Source: Guillardia theta CCMP2712
Lineage: Eukaryota; Protista; Cryptophyta
Assembly: GCF_000315625.1 (NCBI RefSeq)
Contig: NW_005434668.1
Span: 567,808-631,807 of the forward strand
DNA: 64,000 nt
Reading direction: 5' to 3'
In this document: in pieces, positions 11,220 through 25,044 of the stretch
How the letters are laid out: each line of letters begins with the position of its first letter
Numbering within the stretch: the first letter of the stretch is position 1
Program-made: the position numbers and the translations under genes
Notes under the pieces: model-generated
The model's input: the letters and a program-made list of their open reading frames with translations, nothing else
What the model was told of the DNA's origin: nothing
Database searches by the model: none

Positions 11220-12626
11220 ATGAAGCTGACCATGCTGTACGCCCTTCTCTTCGTTCCTCTCGCTCTCCCATCAAAACCCAAAGGCTCCAACCTGAAATTG
11301 GCAGCGAAGATCGTGGAAAAGAATGAGCCCAAGATACCTGTATGGCTTGCAGGACAGGAGTTGTACAAGACTGAGAGGGTTGCCCTCTTGTTGAGAGGCG
11401 CCTCACTCGATGAGGAGACCAAATGTAATCTCTTGGACTTGAACACTTTGAAGAAGCCAAATGCACTATTACTTGGGGAAAAGATTGATGGAGGAAAACT
11501 TCAGGGAAATTCATTTTTGGAGGATATTTGTAGAAAGAAGCGTGCTAGCATGTATATTCATGCCTCAAGCACTCAGAAAAAGCCCCGTAATCTTGCATTT
11601 GGGCGGCTTTTTAACGAAAAAATACTGGACCACTTCGAATTTAAAATCACGCGAAGTTCAAGAAATGAAAGCAATAACCATACATCAGTACGGAAGTTTC
11701 CAAGTTACGGTTCTCCTCCTTGTTTCGTCTTTATCGGACAACAATGGCAGGTCTTCTCTCCTCCTTCTCCTCCTTTACCTTTCCTTCTGCCCCTCCCTTT
11801 CTTCTGATCTACCTCCCTGCTTTCTATCCTGCCTTCAACTCTCTCTCCTCGCCTCCAACCATTCCTTCTTGAAATGTGGTCAGTTGCTCACGCTTTGTAT
11901 AGAAAGACAAAAATCTTTCTGAGTTCAAGAATTTACTCATCGACTGTTTCGGTGTCCGACTTGGCAAAACTGTATCAATGGACAGCATTGAGCATGCCAT
12001 TGTTTGTGTAGCGCACAATCAGACCGAAGTGTCTTTGATTCACTATGTGATCGAGATGGTGAGTTGGCAATGAGCGCGATGAGAGCAAGATCATCACATT
12101 GTTGGATAGGGTAAATCGCTCCAAACCGTCAAACTTCACCTGTCCTTCCCTGATTGTACCATGAACGTAAGAGCTATGAATTCCTCGCTTTATTCATATT
12201 GACTGTTCTCAAGCTCCGAGAATGTAAGCTGGCAGATGTTAACATTCTAAGAAAAGCTCTTGGAGTCGTACGAGAAGGTCTTCACTTCATTTTGTCGTGA
12301 GGGATCTTTGTGTGTACTCATGAAACCATTTCAGTTGGACCGGAAGCACAGAAACGGGCAAAGCGAAGATTGGAGAAGAAGCAGAAAGAGGCAGAGAAGC
12401 GACGAAAGCGCCTGGTCTTTGCAATCGGAGATCTTCAAAGCGTTACTGAACTGATGTGCAGGTCGAGGAAAAGAGAAAGCAGTGGCTGGCCCAAGGGATC
12501 CATGCGACGCCCGAGATGCTCCAACAGTACGCGGAGGAACAAGTCAGTCACCTTGTTTGATTGGTGTCATGCATAGTGACAAATTTCTTACAGAACGCTG
12601 CTGCGGTCAAAGTTAAGGCACTATAG
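11220..12626 (+). CDS. RPF2: Rpf2-like Brix-domain ribosome biogenesis factor with N-terminal signal peptide
   Basis: LLDLNTLKKPNA, HASSTQKKPRNLAFGRLFNEKILDHFEFKI, PCFVFIG, KNLLIDCF and IEHAI follow the Rpf2 motif order. N-terminus MKLTMLYALLFVPLALP. Last exon ends TAG 12626. Confidence 0.8.
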
Positions 12627-12699
12627 CATACAAAGATTTGTTTATTTAGTAGAATTGAGATCGAATACAATAATTGAGGTCACAGTGATGTGGCGGCGT

Positions 12700-15345
12700 T
12701 TGACTCAAATTCACCCTGAACCCTAATTTAGTTGTGTTGTTGGGCTGCACCTTATTGTTCTTGTTCAGCTCCGCTAGCTCATCTTGATTCCTAGACATCT
12801 TGTATTCAGCACTTCACAACCATGGCATGCATTTTTGGTATACCGAGAGATACTTTCTTTCAGGTTCTCGATCGCTTTTTGTTTCTCCTCATATTCCATT
12901 GCTTGTGACAAGCCTAGCCTTCCCTCACTTTTCATAGACTGTCAAAGACGTCAGTCTTGTCTCAGAACCAGAGTATCGCAAACCTTGTACTCTTTTATGA
13001 CTAGCTCCAGCCCAGCAAGCTCATTTTGCATGTTAACGCTGCCAGTATGTTCAGGAAACTTGAATCAATCTCAAGCAACAGCGTACATGAGCGTTTGAAT
13101 CCTTTGCTTCTGTTGTGCAATGGGATCCCAAGGGGGAGTGGGAGGTCGATAAGGAAGAGAGCTGTGAAACTTCGTGTCATGCGGCATCTCCAGCACCTGT
13201 CAAAAAGACCTCAGGCCTAAGGCAAACAACAGAATATCTTTCGCCCAACCTCTTCACTGACTATCCCACGAGAGGCGGAAAGTTTCACCAACTTGGCAGG
13301 AAGGAGTTGTGAGAACTGACCCTCTTCTGTTCGTTGATAATCCACGTAGGTACCCGTCTTCACTCTGATTTTCTGCAAAGAGTTGCGGATAGTGCTTTGG
13401 ATGATCGGATTCGGATCCCCTGAGTGAGCTTCGATTCCTTCCTTCTCCTCGAGCATTCGCCTTGCTTCTGCTGTTGCCTCAGGGTAGCAAACTTTGTTCA
13501 GCAGAGCAATCTTTGCAATGCATTCTACAGCAGCTCGTCGACAGCCAGGATCTTCATCCTTCATCAAGTCTGTCAAGTCTGCCAGATGATCAGAAGTGTC
13601 TCTTAAGGGATTTGCGTTACCCGCAAGCAACCAGTGGTCGTCTTTGGTCAAGATTATAGCAAGCATAGACAAGCAGTCTGCTCTAGAGACGTCAGACTCA
13701 TCCTTTCCACGAGCAATCAGAGTCTGTATTAGTGAATGGTCTGCTATCAGTGTCATGGCATCAAAGACAAGGTCCCTCTTCTGCATCGAAGTCTCTCGAA
13801 GCAAAGAGAGAACAATATTCACAGCTGTTGCTGATCCTTGCGTCACGATATTCGACAATATGTGTAGTGCAAGATGCCTGCATTTCTGATTGTCGCTGGT
13901 CAATTTCTTGCAAATCGTTTCGATAGCCATTTCATCATCATATTTGCTCAGTTCAATAAACAATTTCATGCTTGCAAATCTGATTTCATCACTTTCATCT
14001 TCGATCAAATCTGCTAAAACGCGGAGAAGTTTTTCTTCTCCCTCTGTCCAATAAGAATAACACGTTGAGAGTGCAGCCAACTTCACTTGATGGCTCCCAT
14101 ACTGTAGCAGGTCTATGATCTTCATCTTGACAATGCTTGAATTGAAGAATTCAGAGTATCCCACTTCCACGGACAGTTTCGAAACCTTCCCATCGTTCTT
14201 TTGACTGACGCTGTTGAATCCCTTGACCACCTCATTGTCCTCATGCAGCGTCAAGCGGAAAGGATGCATGGCAGGATGAAAATCATGTTCATCCAACGGA
14301 ATGGACTTCAAGGGAAGCAAGCACTCGCCAACAAAGTCATCCACTTCGCCATCCTCATCCCACAACGAGAAGACAAGCACATCTTGAGAACGGTCTTTAA
14401 CTTCATGATGGAGGCTCATGTTCCATTTTGGATTCAAGTTTCGCCAAACGATTGGTGTTCTTCCCAATTCATTCTCCTTATCTCCACTACGTAGCAGTAT
14501 TCTGCAATATGCATCACAAGAGCCAAACCTGCATGAAGCCGTTAAATACAATCCCTCTAGATTCTATGATTGAATGGTACTTGTCTTTCTTTGGTAAATT
14601 TGACGATTTCAATACTACGATCTTCAATTCCATGAACAGTTGATTTGTGTTAGGGTCTCCAATTCTTTCCAGAGCTTTGAGAGCCGCGATCTTGACAAGG
14701 TCGTCTTCATCGTTCAGTCTTGGCATGATGTACGAGAGACAAACTGAATTCCCAAAGTTCTTCCTGTCTAGTTTCATATCTTGAGTGTTCAAGGTCATCG
14801 GAAACCTTCAACAATACCTGCAGTCCCTAAGAGTGCCGCGGATCGAATCTTTGGATTTGGATGTCTTGATATACGGCCAAGAGCGCGAACAGAATTTTCA
14901 ATCGTTTTCGACTTGTGAGGAAAGCGAAGGGAATTTTCAAGGAACACTGAATCGTGCACATCAAGTTTCTATGCCAGGCTAGTAAGGATCTTCACTGACA
15001 ACAAGATAGTACCTACCGCCTTTCCTCGCATCCATAGATTGCTGTCCATCCAAATGTCAGGGTTCTGCACACGAGTTGCTCTATCATTCAGGACATGCTG
15101 ACCTTCGAAGAATTTCTTTCTCTGATCCTGTCAGAGGGCTTCGCAGAGTTGTCATCCTGAAGCATCGTGAGGTCGATGGAGGTGGGTAGGAGCGCTGTCG
15201 ACCTTTCGAAGCTTCCTCCTGCGGTTCGCCTCAAGTCCTTGCTCTCTGCTGTCATCCCAGTGCTTCTCGACCTTCTAGTTCGACTTCTCCCATCCCATGT
15301 CCCTTCCGAGCTTCCCCTGCTCCGTCCCGTCGTCCACCATTGCAT
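12700..15345 (-). CDS. HEAT-repeat protein with an internal C2 domain (multi-exon, ends approximate)
   Basis: C2 motifs LKIVVLKSSNLPKKD, GSCDAYC, NLNPKWN and LWDEDGEVDDFVGEC, flanked on both sides by HEAT repeats (LNDEDDLVKIAALKALERI; MKDEDPGCRRAAVECIAKI). Confidence 0.8.
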
Positions 15346-15349
15346 AGCA

Positions 15350-15545
15350 ACGGTAGTCACTGGTGTAAGGGGAGTGGTTTCAGCTCCGAAGTTTGCTGAC
15401 CCGGGCCTTGGGTAGGTTTCATGCAACAAGGGGTACGGGTGGTATTGATGTGGGGTAGTCACCACAGAGAGGCCTGTTTCATCCGGGGAATATAGTGGTA
15501 GGGGTAGTCAAAATGTGGGTAGGGGTGGTGATGAGGAGGGTTGAG
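15350..15545. promoter_or_regulatory. GGGGT-rich divergent promoter region
   Basis: Repeated GGGGTA/GGGGTG between C2-HEAT (-) and Sfi1-like (+) genes. Confidence 0.55.
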
Positions 15546-15799
15546 TCCTTCATCATTTTAGGAGGCGAGATGAATTTGAACTAGATCTCCCGACTGCCCC
15601 CTCCTATCCTCTCCTCCCTACGTCTCCTCCTCCTCCTCCTGCCCCGTCCTCTATTCCTCTGGTCTTCACCTTCCTTCCCATCTCATTCTCAATCGGACAC
15701 ATCGTCCTCCGCTTTGTCTCATCGCGATTCAATCGGATTCCCCTCGTCTTCATCTTGATATCGGCTCTCAGTGTTCTCTTAAGTGATGCTCCGCTGGCT

Positions 15800-18700
15800 C
15801 TGACCAACAGTGTCAACATGCATTGTCATGCCGCAATCTCGCTGAACAGACGACGATGAGATCACTGGCTCCATTGTTGCTTCTTCTGTTCTCAGGCATT
15901 GCCGTTTGCTAGTCACTCTGCCCTGCTCCACTTCCAGGTGATGGTGTCCCCGATGAAAACCAGAGAGATGGTAAGTGACTTCGACATGCTCACAAGCACT
16001 CAAGCGTGTAGTTGACAACGCGACAGGTGCAAGTGTTCATCAACACTGACGATGATGCTGTTATCAACGCACTACCCGGAGTTTCTTCCGCGCTTGCAAA
16101 TAGGATATTGAAGGCCAGGCCCTTCAACAGCTTTGAGGTCGCTTGTTGTGTGAGTCGTTGGAGCTGACGATGTGATGGTCAGGAGCTCTTGTCCGTGAAG
16201 GAGATGTCTCTCGAACTTCTTCGCAAGTGGATTCAAAACGGGTTTGAAATCCAGCTGCAGTTGAGTCACTCCAAATCTGTTCCTCGACGTCCTCCTCTTC
16301 CAAGACTTGAGTAAGGTGTGAACTTGTTGCTGCCATGGGCTTAGACCGTTTGCAGGCAAGAAAAGAGCAACTCGAGGGGGAAAGAGGTTACCCTGTGAAC
16401 TTGTTCTACGTGTCCGTGTTGAAGGTGAAATAGGCATCCTTGTCTGCGAATGAACCTCCCGAGCCTTCGCAAAAAGTGTCACAAGTGGAGGTGAGACGTC
16501 TTGATCAATTCCTGCAAGTTCACAAATGCAAAAAGGAGATGGGAAAAGATGACCTGATGCTCATGCTCTACAATCAGCTCGATGCCAGACTGCGGTGGCT
16601 CGAACACAACAGGATTCGACGAGACATGTTCCGTTACATGGATCAGTGGAACAGCATACTACATCAAAGAAAAAGGTAGGTTGGGTAGAAGGTACCAACT
16701 ACTTCTTGACTGCTGACCTCATGGGATTAGACTAGAATATTGCGAATTCAACCTGCTCTTGCGGACTTTTAAGAGACTCACGAGAAGAAAACTTCATCTC
16801 TGGTTCTTCCACACTCGCAAGAAAGTGAGGCTGCAAAAGATTGGTAAGAGAGAGCCAACCTGTGTTCCGCTTCCTCTATGATTTGACTTCACCAAAGGAG
16901 ATCGCAAAAGGCTGTCGATGGCCCTCCGAGCTAGAATGAAAGCGTTTCATACATGGGCTCGATCAAGTTATTACGTGATGCTGCTAGGAAATGCCTATGC
17001 AAGTTTGATGGGGAGGTTTTTGACACGAAAGATGCGCTTTCACTTTGCGCAATGGAGAAGTTATGTTGATCGGAAGAGTCAAATTTCTGTTACAGCTTGC
17101 AGAATGCAATCTCATTGGATGTTTAGATTCCTTCGCAGCTGCTTCTTGAGATTTCACGCATATTTCGTGCAGCGAAAGTGATATATCTACTGAATTTTGA
17201 ATGATTTTGATTGACGAGTCAAATTGACTGCACAGATACGTTCAAAAACGATTATTACAAGCAATCAAACGGTAATTGTAATTCTGCTACTCATTTCTGT
17301 ATATTAAACAATTTGAAATTCAGGAACAACTCGAGATGTTGCTTATTGATCTTCTCGAGCTGGTCGAGCAGGTGACATTGTGAAGTTTTGTGAAGTTTTC
17401 TTTGCATCTTATGATACATTTCGTGATAGCCATCTACGTCAAATGTCACTTCGAAGCTCTAGAGCTACTTTTGCGCAACTCATAACTCTGCGGCGGAAGA
17501 AGACTAGTTTCCGTTGTTGGCGTGAGTTTCATGTTTTGTGAAGAAAATGTCTTGAGGAAAAGAGCAGGCGACTTGATTGCAGGAGGCCCGCGTCGATCTG
17601 TGCATTTCGCAAACCTAGACAAGGAGGAGTCGAATCGCCTGCTGGGAATGAAAGATCAGGGTGAGAGCTCCAGCGCTGGCTTGAGCTGGCTGACTGCCAC
17701 GGCAGTGCGACTCAACTCCCTCGTGTGGAGCTGGAGACGCTTGAACAAGATGCTAAAAATATGGAAAGTAGCAGCTGTCGTCAAGCGAAAGATGTAAGCT
17801 GCTCCTTTTATCTTTTATGGCAACTGAAAGACAACAGCTCAAGGAAAGGAGAGACAGTGACAGCGAGAAAGCAGCTCAGTTTGCAGAGAAAATGCTTGTC
17901 GATATGGTTTGAGTCTACGCAGAGAAACAGACGGGCGCGAATGACAGGAGTGAAAGTGTTGGTCCTGTGAGTAGAGCGATGGCAGTGTGAGTACTGATGG
18001 CTGAGTTAACCTCAGGTCACTCCAGCGGAAGACAAGAGCTTGCTGGTGGCGATGGCTCACTTTTCTCTTTGATCGGCTCAGATTGAAGAGACTGGCGAAC
18101 TCAATTACGAGAAGGTCGTCGCTTGTGCTCCTGACGAGCATGTGAGGTCGTGCACGAGACATGGCTGTCAAGTCACCGGTAGGTGCAGGGTCAAGAGCTG
18201 GGCTCGAGCTGTGCAATCCAAGTTAAGGAGCATCGTTTACAAGGAGTCAAGGATCCTAGAGGTTCAAAGACGCAGCCAGAAGATTTCTCTTTCCGCTGGG
18301 CTGCTTCTCTTCCGGTGCTCCCCCGTACTCCCAGCACCTGACTGACAGGTCTTGCAGTATCTTCGTCGGTTGGCGCAGTCTTGCTTTCAACACCGAGCGA
18401 TTGAAGAATCTAGGAGTGAAGTGCTTGCTGAGATCACTGTTTGCGACGATCACTCGAGCCTTCAACATGTGAAGATCATCAAACTTGGTTTGGTTCGACC
18501 TTGACGTCTTTCCAAGTTGGAAAGAAAGCAGCTTTTTCACGCAGCAAGAACGAGGACCTCGTATCCACATCTTCTTCCGGTATGGTCGTGCAATAGTCAT
18601 GCACTGGTGCAGATGAAGGGCTGATAACAGCATGACAGATGTTGGTTGTTGACCATCATCGGGAAGCATCAAAAGCGTCTGCAGATGATCAGACTCGTAC

Positions 18701-19826
18701 GTATAAACGGCTGTGCCGCAAGCTGTTAACATGTTGAGTCAGAGGACACGTGGGATTATGACGTCGTTGAAGACAATGATTGAGCAGTGGAGATTGCAGT
18801 CTGACGCTGAGTGATGCAGACTACGTCTTGTTGTACATGCTCTTGACGAATGTCTGCAGGTCAAAGAACTCCAAGGTCTCAGTCAAGATTGCAGTGCGCT
18901 GGACCCTCATGACCTGCAAGAGATTCTTCAGGTCGGCTCCTCGACCTTCCCTTGTGCTTCTTTCCTCTCGAGGCTCAGTGAGAGCTGTAGGGTCTGGCAC
19001 CAGCTCTCCCAACAGAGGAGAAAGCAGCGGCTCCTGATGAAGCCCTTGGCGAGGACGGCACGTGCTCGTCTGTTTCGTCGGTCGTTCACTCACTGGGCGG
19101 GCCGAGCGTAAGGAGATGGAGGAGACTCGGAGATGGTGTCTGACTTGTCTCAGTTATGCTCGGCGACGACGATGGCACGCAGGCTCTGTCATCCTAGCAA
19201 GACACGAATTGATGATGTTGTCGGACGCGTTCAGGTTGAGACCTCATGAGTGTTGGGTCTTGTGACCATCTCTCAGTGATTGGTGGGAGGCCTGTCCGAG
19301 GCTGCAGACGATCGCACAAGAGTCTGACAGCGACAGGGACAGCATTGAAGACTCTTTTTCTCTACAGGAAACTTTGCTCACTAGACAACAGCGAGCAAGT
19401 TTGCATCTCAAGTCAATGGAGAGAATGTGGAAAACTGTGCGCAGCAATTTGGCTTGCACGCTGTTAAGTATCATGCAGATGCGCATTCACTTCTTCCAAT
19501 GGTGCGGACTGATTCAAACTCCTCGCGATTCTGCCAAGGAAAGTCCGTTGCTTCCCTCTAAAGCTGTCATCGTGAGCAACAGGTGAGGGTCCTCTGTTTC
19601 ACCACCTGCGACTGTGTGACAGCACATGACAGCCCGAGAACGACCTGGTTGGACAAGAACGAGAGCTCGGAGGAGGATTCTGACACGAGAGAGATCCTTC
19701 CAACCAGCAAGAGGCGGATAGATTTCAGTAGACGGTATGCTCGAAATGTGATTTGAACAAGATGATAAAGGGCATGAAGAGTTAAGACTTGAACGTGACG
19801 GAGGTGCATCTGCTACTGTACCATAA
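15800..19826 (+). CDS. Sfi1-like basic helical repeat protein (many short exons; ends approximate)
   Basis: Recurrent R/K-rich repeats with F-x-x-W (KAFHTWARS, FHFAQWRSY, SIFVGWRSL, IHFFQWCG), typical of centrin-binding Sfi1 repeats. Confidence 0.6.
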
Positions 19827-19849
19827 AATTGCTCTAATGGCAACCACCA

Positions 19850-20983
19850 TGTTAGACCCACTCTCTGTCCTCCACTCCTTTGGGAACTGAGAACTGTCGA
19901 AACTTCGGATCGACACTCCCATACGACGATTTTTGATTCGCAAAATCGCCCAATTTCTCCTGCTCCTCCTCCATGAACTCTCGCGTAACCGGCAGACCTG
20001 TCGTAGGGTGAGGTCAGAAAGGAAGAGGCAGGTAGTATTCCATCTACCTATGATCTTTCTGCCAACGTCCATGATCCCCTACAAACAAGTCAGGCAGGTA
20101 AAGTATAGCTCCCAACTGCGTTGGCACCAAGCAAACCCCCGTCGCCATGCAGAGAAAGATCACGATCACTACGAAGACAATCTGTCCAGTTGACGACTAT
20201 TGATTAGAAAATATCAAAATACGAAAAGAGCACCTGAGGGATTATCCGGTAGGTTGAGTACCCTTTGTGAAACACAGCTTCCTGAAAATTTTTCCTTGCA
20301 CGGGCCCAACACTCGTATTCTTTTCCAGGCTGGAGGCAAATATCAATGAGGTCCTGAAACCAACATTTGATCTAGTGTGACCTTATACATCCGTAAATAA
20401 TTGTTCTTATCTTCAACTGTAAAATATTGCCACCCTGATGGCTCATCCCGCGATATTCCTTGACGATAAATGTCTTGGGACCGTAGCACGCTTGCATTCT
20501 TAGCATTCCAGTCCAATGCTCCTTGAATCGATCCTACCCTTACCTCAACCTTGAGGAGGCAGATCAGTATGGAAGAGAGAGTCGAGAGAGTCATTACTGG
20601 GACAACCACCCGCTCCTTGATCCCATCGATGGTCTCGTATTTCTCCCAATGACCGTTCCCAGTGACCGTGCAGTGAGCGTAAACATAATTGTGTCTCACC
20701 TGCATGAGCTGATGACTGAATGCAAAAGAAAATGCGAACCAATCTCACCTCGAGACTGGGGAGAAGATGCCAGAAGATTGTATAGACCACACTGGTAGTC
20801 ATGCAAAAGGCTGCCAGGTAGAAGAAGAAGCGCTCGTCCGACCGCATGATTTCGGGAGCTCAGCGATCTTTCACAGAATCTTCAAGAAGGTATTCATTGC
20901 GTGTCAGCTGCAAGATAAATCAGGAGACCATGCCTCTCGTCCTTCTCGCACTCCTACTTTCCCGCCGATGCTCCCTTGGCCAT
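19850..20983 (-). CDS. Two-TM protein with Cys-containing loop (multi-exon)
   Basis: TM1 FFFYLAAFCMTTSVVYTIFWHLL; loop with AHCTVTG and KEYECW; TM2 IVFVVIVIFLCMATGVCLV. Confidence 0.55.
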
Positions 20984-21049
20984 GACGACCCTTGGAAGAT
21001 TCGTTTTTAGTCAACTTGTGGGTATGAGGGTAATGAGTTCCAGGGTTCC

Positions 21050-21470
21050 GAGTTCAGGGCCGCAGTCAGCAGCACCGTCACCGGGGTGACCCGGTGCCGG
21101 CGCGCCGCCGGGTCCAACTTCACGCGGCCGGCCCGGCGCACGGCGGCCGGGCGGCCCTCCGACAGTGTAGCCTAAGGAACGGCAGTGAGCCGGCAGCCGG
21201 CAGCCGCTGAGCCGCTCACGCTCACTGTCAGCCTCCGCCTGAGGCCGCCCGGCGGTTCAACGGTTGCGGGCGGGCCGCAGCGACCATGAGGGCCTTTCGA
21301 ATTCCGTACCATCCGGCTGGACCGAGCAGTGCCGCTGCGGCCCCGGCGGGCCTGCCGGGCGACCAGCCTGAGAGACTGAACGGTCAACGGTGGCCCGAGT
21401 CCCAGCACACATGATGATTCTTTATTGCACTTCACAGTGCTGACTCACCGGCGGCCACCCCGCCCCCCGC
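21050..21470. other. GC-rich non-coding island 2
   Basis: Same CCGG/GGCC/GTCAC/CACTG/ACTGA vocabulary; lies between two minus-strand genes. Confidence 0.8.
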
Positions 21471-21599
21471 AATTTGATTAGATTTTTCGCTAGATTTCTT
21501 TCCCCCACTAGTAGCTCGCAATGGTTTGAAGACGTCAGGAGTCAGCCAGGTACAACTGCGCGGGACTGAGTCAGCGGGTCAACTTCAAAGTCTAATCCA

Positions 21600-23352
21600 T
21601 TCGATCATGTCAAGTCTCCCTCACCTTCCCATGGCTTGTGGGGTCTCGCCCAACAGCTTGGCTAACCAGGGCATGTAGTCAGAGAGATCTCTGTCATTCT
21701 TGTCATTTCGATACGCATGTTTCATCAGAATCCTTACTGATCAAGTTGATAAGGTGGATTCAAAATCAAAATGCCGCAACCATTTAGCCGCTGATATCTC
21801 CGTTCATTGAAGTTCGAGCGAAGCCTTCAATCGAGTTGACACACCTGTCGGTCGATGGTTGGGTCTCGGACTAGTAGCTTGCACAAGAGCATCTTGTTTA
21901 TCCCAAGTTGCTTCAACTGCTCGACCCATCAAAAACACGCGAGGGACCATTGACGAAGGCGATGCACACCTCACGCTCCCAAGTAGCTTGAAAATCAGGA
22001 TTTTTGATCGGGAACCTATTGCATGAAAAGAGACAATTCACGACAGCAATACGTAAGCTGGAAACATTACCACACGAAGAATGTGCCGGTCGACCAACGA
22101 CTGGAGAAACAATTAATGATTTCGAGAGAAGCATCAAACTGACATGTTTGCTTGCTTGATTTTCTTCAACACTGCCTTGAACTCGTTTTCTTTTTCATAA
22201 GGAGGATCGCACAATACCTACACTTTCTCAATTCCAATCGCGTTCCTCTTGAGAAATCACCAATCCTCTCTTCTCCAATGGTGGAATGAAAGATGTCCAA
22301 ATTTGATAGCCTGCATGAAGTTGAGCTTTCTAAATTCATGCAATCAGCCATCACCATCCCCTTCCAAGAATCGTACACTTCAAGTTTTGACAGGTCATTC
22401 GTAAGATGGGTTTTTGAACACATGGATAGGACCATACTTTTTGTTGCAGTTCAAGTCGACAAAGTTAGAATGAAGTGCTGCGATCTCTTGAGGATGAAGC
22501 TCAGAGAGAACAAGGCGATCGTCCTGTAACAACTTATCCAGAGTACTTGATGTCTATTCCAATACCTCTCTCATCAGATTGTGTATCAAGATAGGACTGC
22601 CGGGATAGATCTGGATTTGCTCCTCGTTTAACGAGCTGAAGGATTTGACTGTATAAAAATAATCTCTGCATATCTGAAAATAGGGAGTAAAATGTGAGAT
22701 GCTCCGACATATAATTGTCAACACAAAATGACGTGCATTACAACAAATAGCAGAGGTACAAACCTCAGGGAGTTCGCTTGAGCCAAACTTCTTATAGTAT
22801 TCTTCCACACGATGAATCCCCTGCCATATTCTTTCAGGCACAATTTCTCTGAATATCTGCGCCTACCTGCTTAAATTCCGGACTCCGAGTTGCCTCAGGT
22901 GTCCGCAAGTCAAACAATCCAGTTGACCTTGCAAGGGGCGTAAGGCACTTTGGTGCTCATCCTTCTTGGACTCACGCATGAGTATCAATCAGCAACATGG
23001 GGTTCGGCTTCTTCTGCCTGTCGCATTGTATGGCTCAGTCTCATTGAATCGAATGAAAGAGTTCAAGTCGGCGTGAAGACTCACATATGCTTGATGGTTG
23101 TCATCAGAATACTGTGCTTCATCACGTCGCCAAAGTTTCCGGCGTGAAACGCGTGCCTGGAGAGAAGGAAGGTGACTGAAAGAAGGGGAAGGAGAGGAGC
23201 GAGTCAGCTATCACCGATAGTTGAGGGATCTTCGAGCCGCCGGCGTCTGCCCGTTGCTTCCCCCTAGCCTCGGCATAACCCTGCGCATGAACCGCATGTG
23301 CATTGGACTCATGGCTCTGCGGTGCCGCGGATGTCGGAGAACCAGAGAACAT
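21600..23352 (-). CDS. Hypothetical multi-exon protein (ends approximate)
   Basis: Chain of minus-strand coding-like exons (IWQGIHRVEEYYKKFG; ICRDYFYTVKSF; LEVYDSWKGMVMADC) separated by short GT-AG introns; no family recognised. Confidence 0.5.
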
Positions 23353-23408
23353 GGGAAATGAGGGGGATGAGTCTGCTCTGGAATCTTCCCTTGTAGCAGC
23401 AGGCAGGC

Positions 23409-25044
23409 ATGGAGGAGGAGATGGATGCACTGCTAGTGAACGTCGCTCAGCGATCTGGAGGCATAGAGCCCATGCTGTAAGGCTCATCCTCTCTAGACGT
23501 TTCGATCCGGTTGACATGCTCGCCTCGCTTGCTTGACAGTCACTCCATCTTCTCGTTCCTCAAGAGGCGGACAGACTTTTACCACATACAAAAACCTGGT
23601 GACAAGATAGGTGATCCGTCTGCTTGGCTTGCTCTCAAAATCTTTGATCGGGCCCTCTTCTTTAGGATTCCCTGCAGGTGTTGCAAAGCGGATGGTTTTA
23701 CAGGCTTTCAAGCACTTTGAAGATGATACGGAACTCTGTTCACCTAACAAGGAGGTAGACAGCGATGTTTTCATCGCAACATGACTGTTTTCTGTCAGGA
23801 ACTTGAATCTCGTGGGGAAAGAATTCAAAACAATCCAACGTCAGGATCTTTGGTATTATCAGACCGTTTGCTCTTAGAACACCGCGGTGAATCACATCTA
23901 CCAGAGCGCTGCAAGGTCAGAAGCGAAAACTACTCCAAAGCCAACAACAGCGACCACACCTAAAACATCGGATATGCCAAAAGTAGAAGAGACCAACGAT
24001 ACAAAATCCAGCTTTGTTTGCTACAATGGTGGAGAATGCGAGCGATACAAGTACAGAAAAGTGAGTTCGGAATTGCTTGGTAATGATTCATGCAGGTGGT
24101 CGCAAACCTTAGATGAGATTGTTCTCTATGTAGACTGCTCGAAATCCGGTGGGAAAGTGAGTTGTTGAGTCTTTGACTTGATGTCAAGAGAATTTTCTTA
24201 ACCCAACTATTTGGCAGTTGAAGGCGAAGGAGCTAGATTGCAAGTTTGGGAAGAAAAACGTTTCTATTTCTCTTCGTCAAGGGAATTCATTGCCAATACT
24301 GGATGGGGTTGGAATTGATCATTCCACGTGAGAAACACGATGTTTGACATTTTGAATATCAGGAGCTCTTTGAAGAAGTAAAACACGAAGACGTGGTTTG
24401 GCATCTAGAAGAATCAAGTCTCTTTTATTCAAGAACGCCATGTCAACTAACAGTATACACAAGGATTTTTGACAATTAATCTGGAAAAGAAGAAGAAGAC
24501 GTCTACGTGCTTGCTTGTCATTTGATACTTCCTGATATTGCATTAGTTGGTGGAAATGTGCATTGGTAGGAGACCGAGAAATTGACACTCAACGTGTGGA
24601 TTCGACTTGTAAGCAAAATGCATAGCAGTTTCCGAAGACCGTTCTGATTTCAACTCCAGGTAAAATCGACGACTATGACGAACCGACGCAAGCTGCCATT
24701 CAGAAACTTATGTTCGACCAGTGAGTGTCACCCAACTTCGTTTTGGTGTCCGCGCGTTGATTCGTAACGATTGCAGACAACAGAAAATGCAGGGGCTTCC
24801 TACAAGGTCTGTAGTGTTCCTTCCTCATTACCGCTAATATGATAATGCAGCGACGAGCTCAAACAGCAAGAAATCCTAAAGAAGGCATGGAATGCCGAAG
24901 GTAGAGAATCTCCCATTCAACAAACATTGAGATGTTGTAGGCTCGCCATTTAAAGGAACGCCTTTCGATCCCTCTCTGGTAAACTTTTCGGGAAGTACAG
25001 GATTAGGAGTGGGCATGGGTGACGAACGTGATCCGTCTAGCTAA
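23409..25044 (+). CDS. NUDCD3: NudC-family protein (NudCD3-like, CS domain)
   Basis: MEEEMDALLVNVAQRSGGIEPML|HSIFSFLKRRTDFY, YNGGECERY, WSQTLDEI, WWKCALVGDREIDT, DEPTQAAIQKLMFD and KAWNAEGSPFKGTPFDPS. Confidence 0.88.
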
